32,000 nucleotides of DNA from Candidatus Hadarchaeota archaeon (GTDB lineage Archaea > Hadarchaeota > Hadarchaeia > Hadarchaeales > Hadarchaeaceae), in assembly GCA_964514965.1 (NCBI GenBank), contig CAZETV010000001.1, positions 420,001 through 452,000 on the forward strand, read 5' to 3'. A program made the position numbers and the translations under genes. Of the stretch, positions 30,994 through 32,000 are shown piece by piece. How positions within the stretch are numbered: position 1 is the stretch's first letter; each line of letters opens with the position of its first letter. Below the pieces are notes generated by a model. It made no database searches and had not been told where the DNA came from. It was given only the letters and a program-made list of their open reading frames with translations.

Positions 30994-31572
30994 ATGCGGA
31001 AGAGGGAGTTCCTGCTCCCTATTGAGTGTTGCCCAATTTGCGGAGCCAAAGGCACTTTTCGCGTCAATGGTAGAATCGACCACATCCCATATTTCGGCGA
31101 GATAATGGAGACCTTCGCAAGCTGCACCAGCTGCGAATTCAGGCACACGGATGTCGTGTGTTTAGGCGAGCGTCCCCCTCTACGCTACGAGTTTCAGATC
31201 AAATCCGAAGAAGATCTAAAGGTTAGAGTCGTGAAGTCGAGCACGGGAACAATCAAACTCCCAGAGCTTGGGGTGACAGTAGAGCCAGGGGCCGCGAGCG
31301 AGGGCTATGTGTCGAATATTGAGGGAGTTCTTAATCGTGTAGAGGCGGCAATAAAGCTGGCAATTAAAAAAGTTGATGCTACCAAGCGCCGGCGGGGACA
31401 GGCAAAGCTAAAAAAACTCGATGAGATGCGCGCCGGGAAGCGAAAGGCAAGGCTGATTCTCATGGACCCATTCGGGCACAGCACAATTGTAAACAAACGG
31501 GCCAAGAAACGCGAGTTGACTAAGCGGGAATTGGCATTGCTCAGAGGAAGTCCACACGCTAGTGGAGCCTGA
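30994..31572 (+). CDS. ZPR1-type zinc-finger protein (archaeal ZPR1 homolog)
   Basis: [42 protein letters not shown] is the ZPR1 zinc-ribbon pattern, followed by a beta-rich A-domain-like segment and a basic tail. Confidence 0.8.
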   Translation: MRKREFLLPIECCPICGAKGTFRVNGRIDHIPYFGEIMETFASCTSCEFRHTDVVCLGERPPLRYEFQIKSEEDLKVRVVKSSTGTIKLPELGVTVEPGAASEGYVSNIEGVLNRVEAAIKLAIKKVDATKRRRGQAKLKKLDEMRAGKRKARLILMDPFGHSTIVNKRAKKRELTKRELALLRGSPHASGA

Positions 31573-32000
31573 GGGTCTCCAAACTCCGAGGCGCTCTCGT
31601 CTCAACCTTGAAAAGTTTGTGCAGCGCACTTGCTAAGTCGATACACTTGTTTTCATCACCATGGATGCATATGACGCGCTGCGGTTTGGGTGAAACCCTT
31701 CGCACATAGTTCAACAACTGGGCCCGATCCGAGTGCCCGCTGAATCCCTCGACCGTTTGGACTTCTATGTTTACCTTCACTTCCTCTACCCTCCCCTTCT
31801 CGTTGCGTAGGGGAACCTCGCGCCATCCTTTCTGGATGCGTCGCCCGAGTGATCCCTCACACTGGTACCCGACGAAGACAAGGGAATTACGCGGGTCGGG
31901 CGCAAGAGATTTAAAGTATTCGAGTATTGGGCCTCCTGCCATCATCCCTGCCGTCGATATGATCACCGCCGGGTCACCGTCGATTACCTGTGAGCGCTGG
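31559..32000 (-). CDS. Beta-CASP metallo-beta-lactamase ribonuclease aCPSF1 (FttA-like). C-terminal part only; the gene continues beyond the right window edge.
   Basis: [17 protein letters not shown]...[16 protein letters not shown]...[44 protein letters not shown]...LETLRL contains beta-CASP motifs B and C and the typical aCPSF1 C-terminus. The frame remains open upstream to position 32000. Confidence 0.85.
   Translation of the reverse strand, partial: QRSQVIDGDPAVIISTAGMMAGGPILEYFKSLAPDPRNSLVFVGYQCEGSLGRRIQKGWREVPLRNEKGRVEEVKVNIEVQTVEGFSGHSDRAQLLNYVRRVSPKPQRVICIHGDENKCIDLASALHKLFKVETRAPRSLETLRLH

Noticed and set aside
1-32000. Looked for CRISPR arrays, tandem repeats, IS elements or transposases, and rRNA genes.
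   Set aside because: I found no regularly spaced repeats, no terminal inverted repeats with a transposase ORF, and no rRNA-like sequence by eye.

Overview
This is an archaeal chromosomal fragment. Archaeal markers include the P0/P1 ribosomal stalk, Spt5, SecE/Sec61-gamma, an Sm-L37e pair, DTD2, aCPSF1, and FtsZ plus SepF. All calls rest on reading the sequence and on remembered family motifs; no searches were run.

The window falls into five blocks:
- (1) 1-10.8 kb is a surface-glycan locus. It holds NeuB- and NeuA-like nonulosonic-acid genes, a radical-SAM/SPASM-like enzyme, a very AT-rich 521-aa GT-B/TagF-like orphan, a methyltransferase, a Wzx-type flippase, GT4 and GT2 transferases, and three extended-SDR epimerase/dehydratase paralogs.
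- (2) 10.8-14.9 kb holds YjbQ, then a nucleic-acid-enzyme neighbourhood: a DEDD/RNase-H-like exonuclease, a free-standing LAGLIDADG protein flanked by HTH modules, a family-4 UDG, and a protein with a YacP/NYN-like VDGYN motif. A small membrane-anchored protein follows.
- (3) 14.9-26.4 kb is one long minus-strand array of core genes: tRNA-Val, dtdA, ftsZ, secE (57 aa, absent from the ORF track), spt5, an extra OB-fold gene, L11, L1, P0, P1, alaS and leuS.
- (4) 26.45-29.3 kb is an AT-rich islet between tRNA-Val and tRNA-Ala. It is bounded by a 13-bp direct repeat identical to the tRNA-Ala 3' end. It carries two orphan genes (a Cys-rich protein with a CHAP/NlpC-P60-like C-terminus and a FecR-like/beta-sandwich protein) plus a start-less open frame.
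- (5) 29.3-32 kb holds L37e, Sm, a PUA protein, SepF, ZPR1 and the 3' part of aCPSF1.

The most interesting items are:
- the tRNA-bounded islet and its two-gene cargo;
- tRNA-Ala(GGC), which carries two insertions (a canonical 37/38 intron plus a D-loop insert);
- the OB-fold gene translationally coupled to spt5;
- the AT-rich transferase-like orphan in the nonulosonic-acid locus;
- the NeuA-like gene, which has no canonical start codon.

No CRISPR array, transposase or integrase was recognised.
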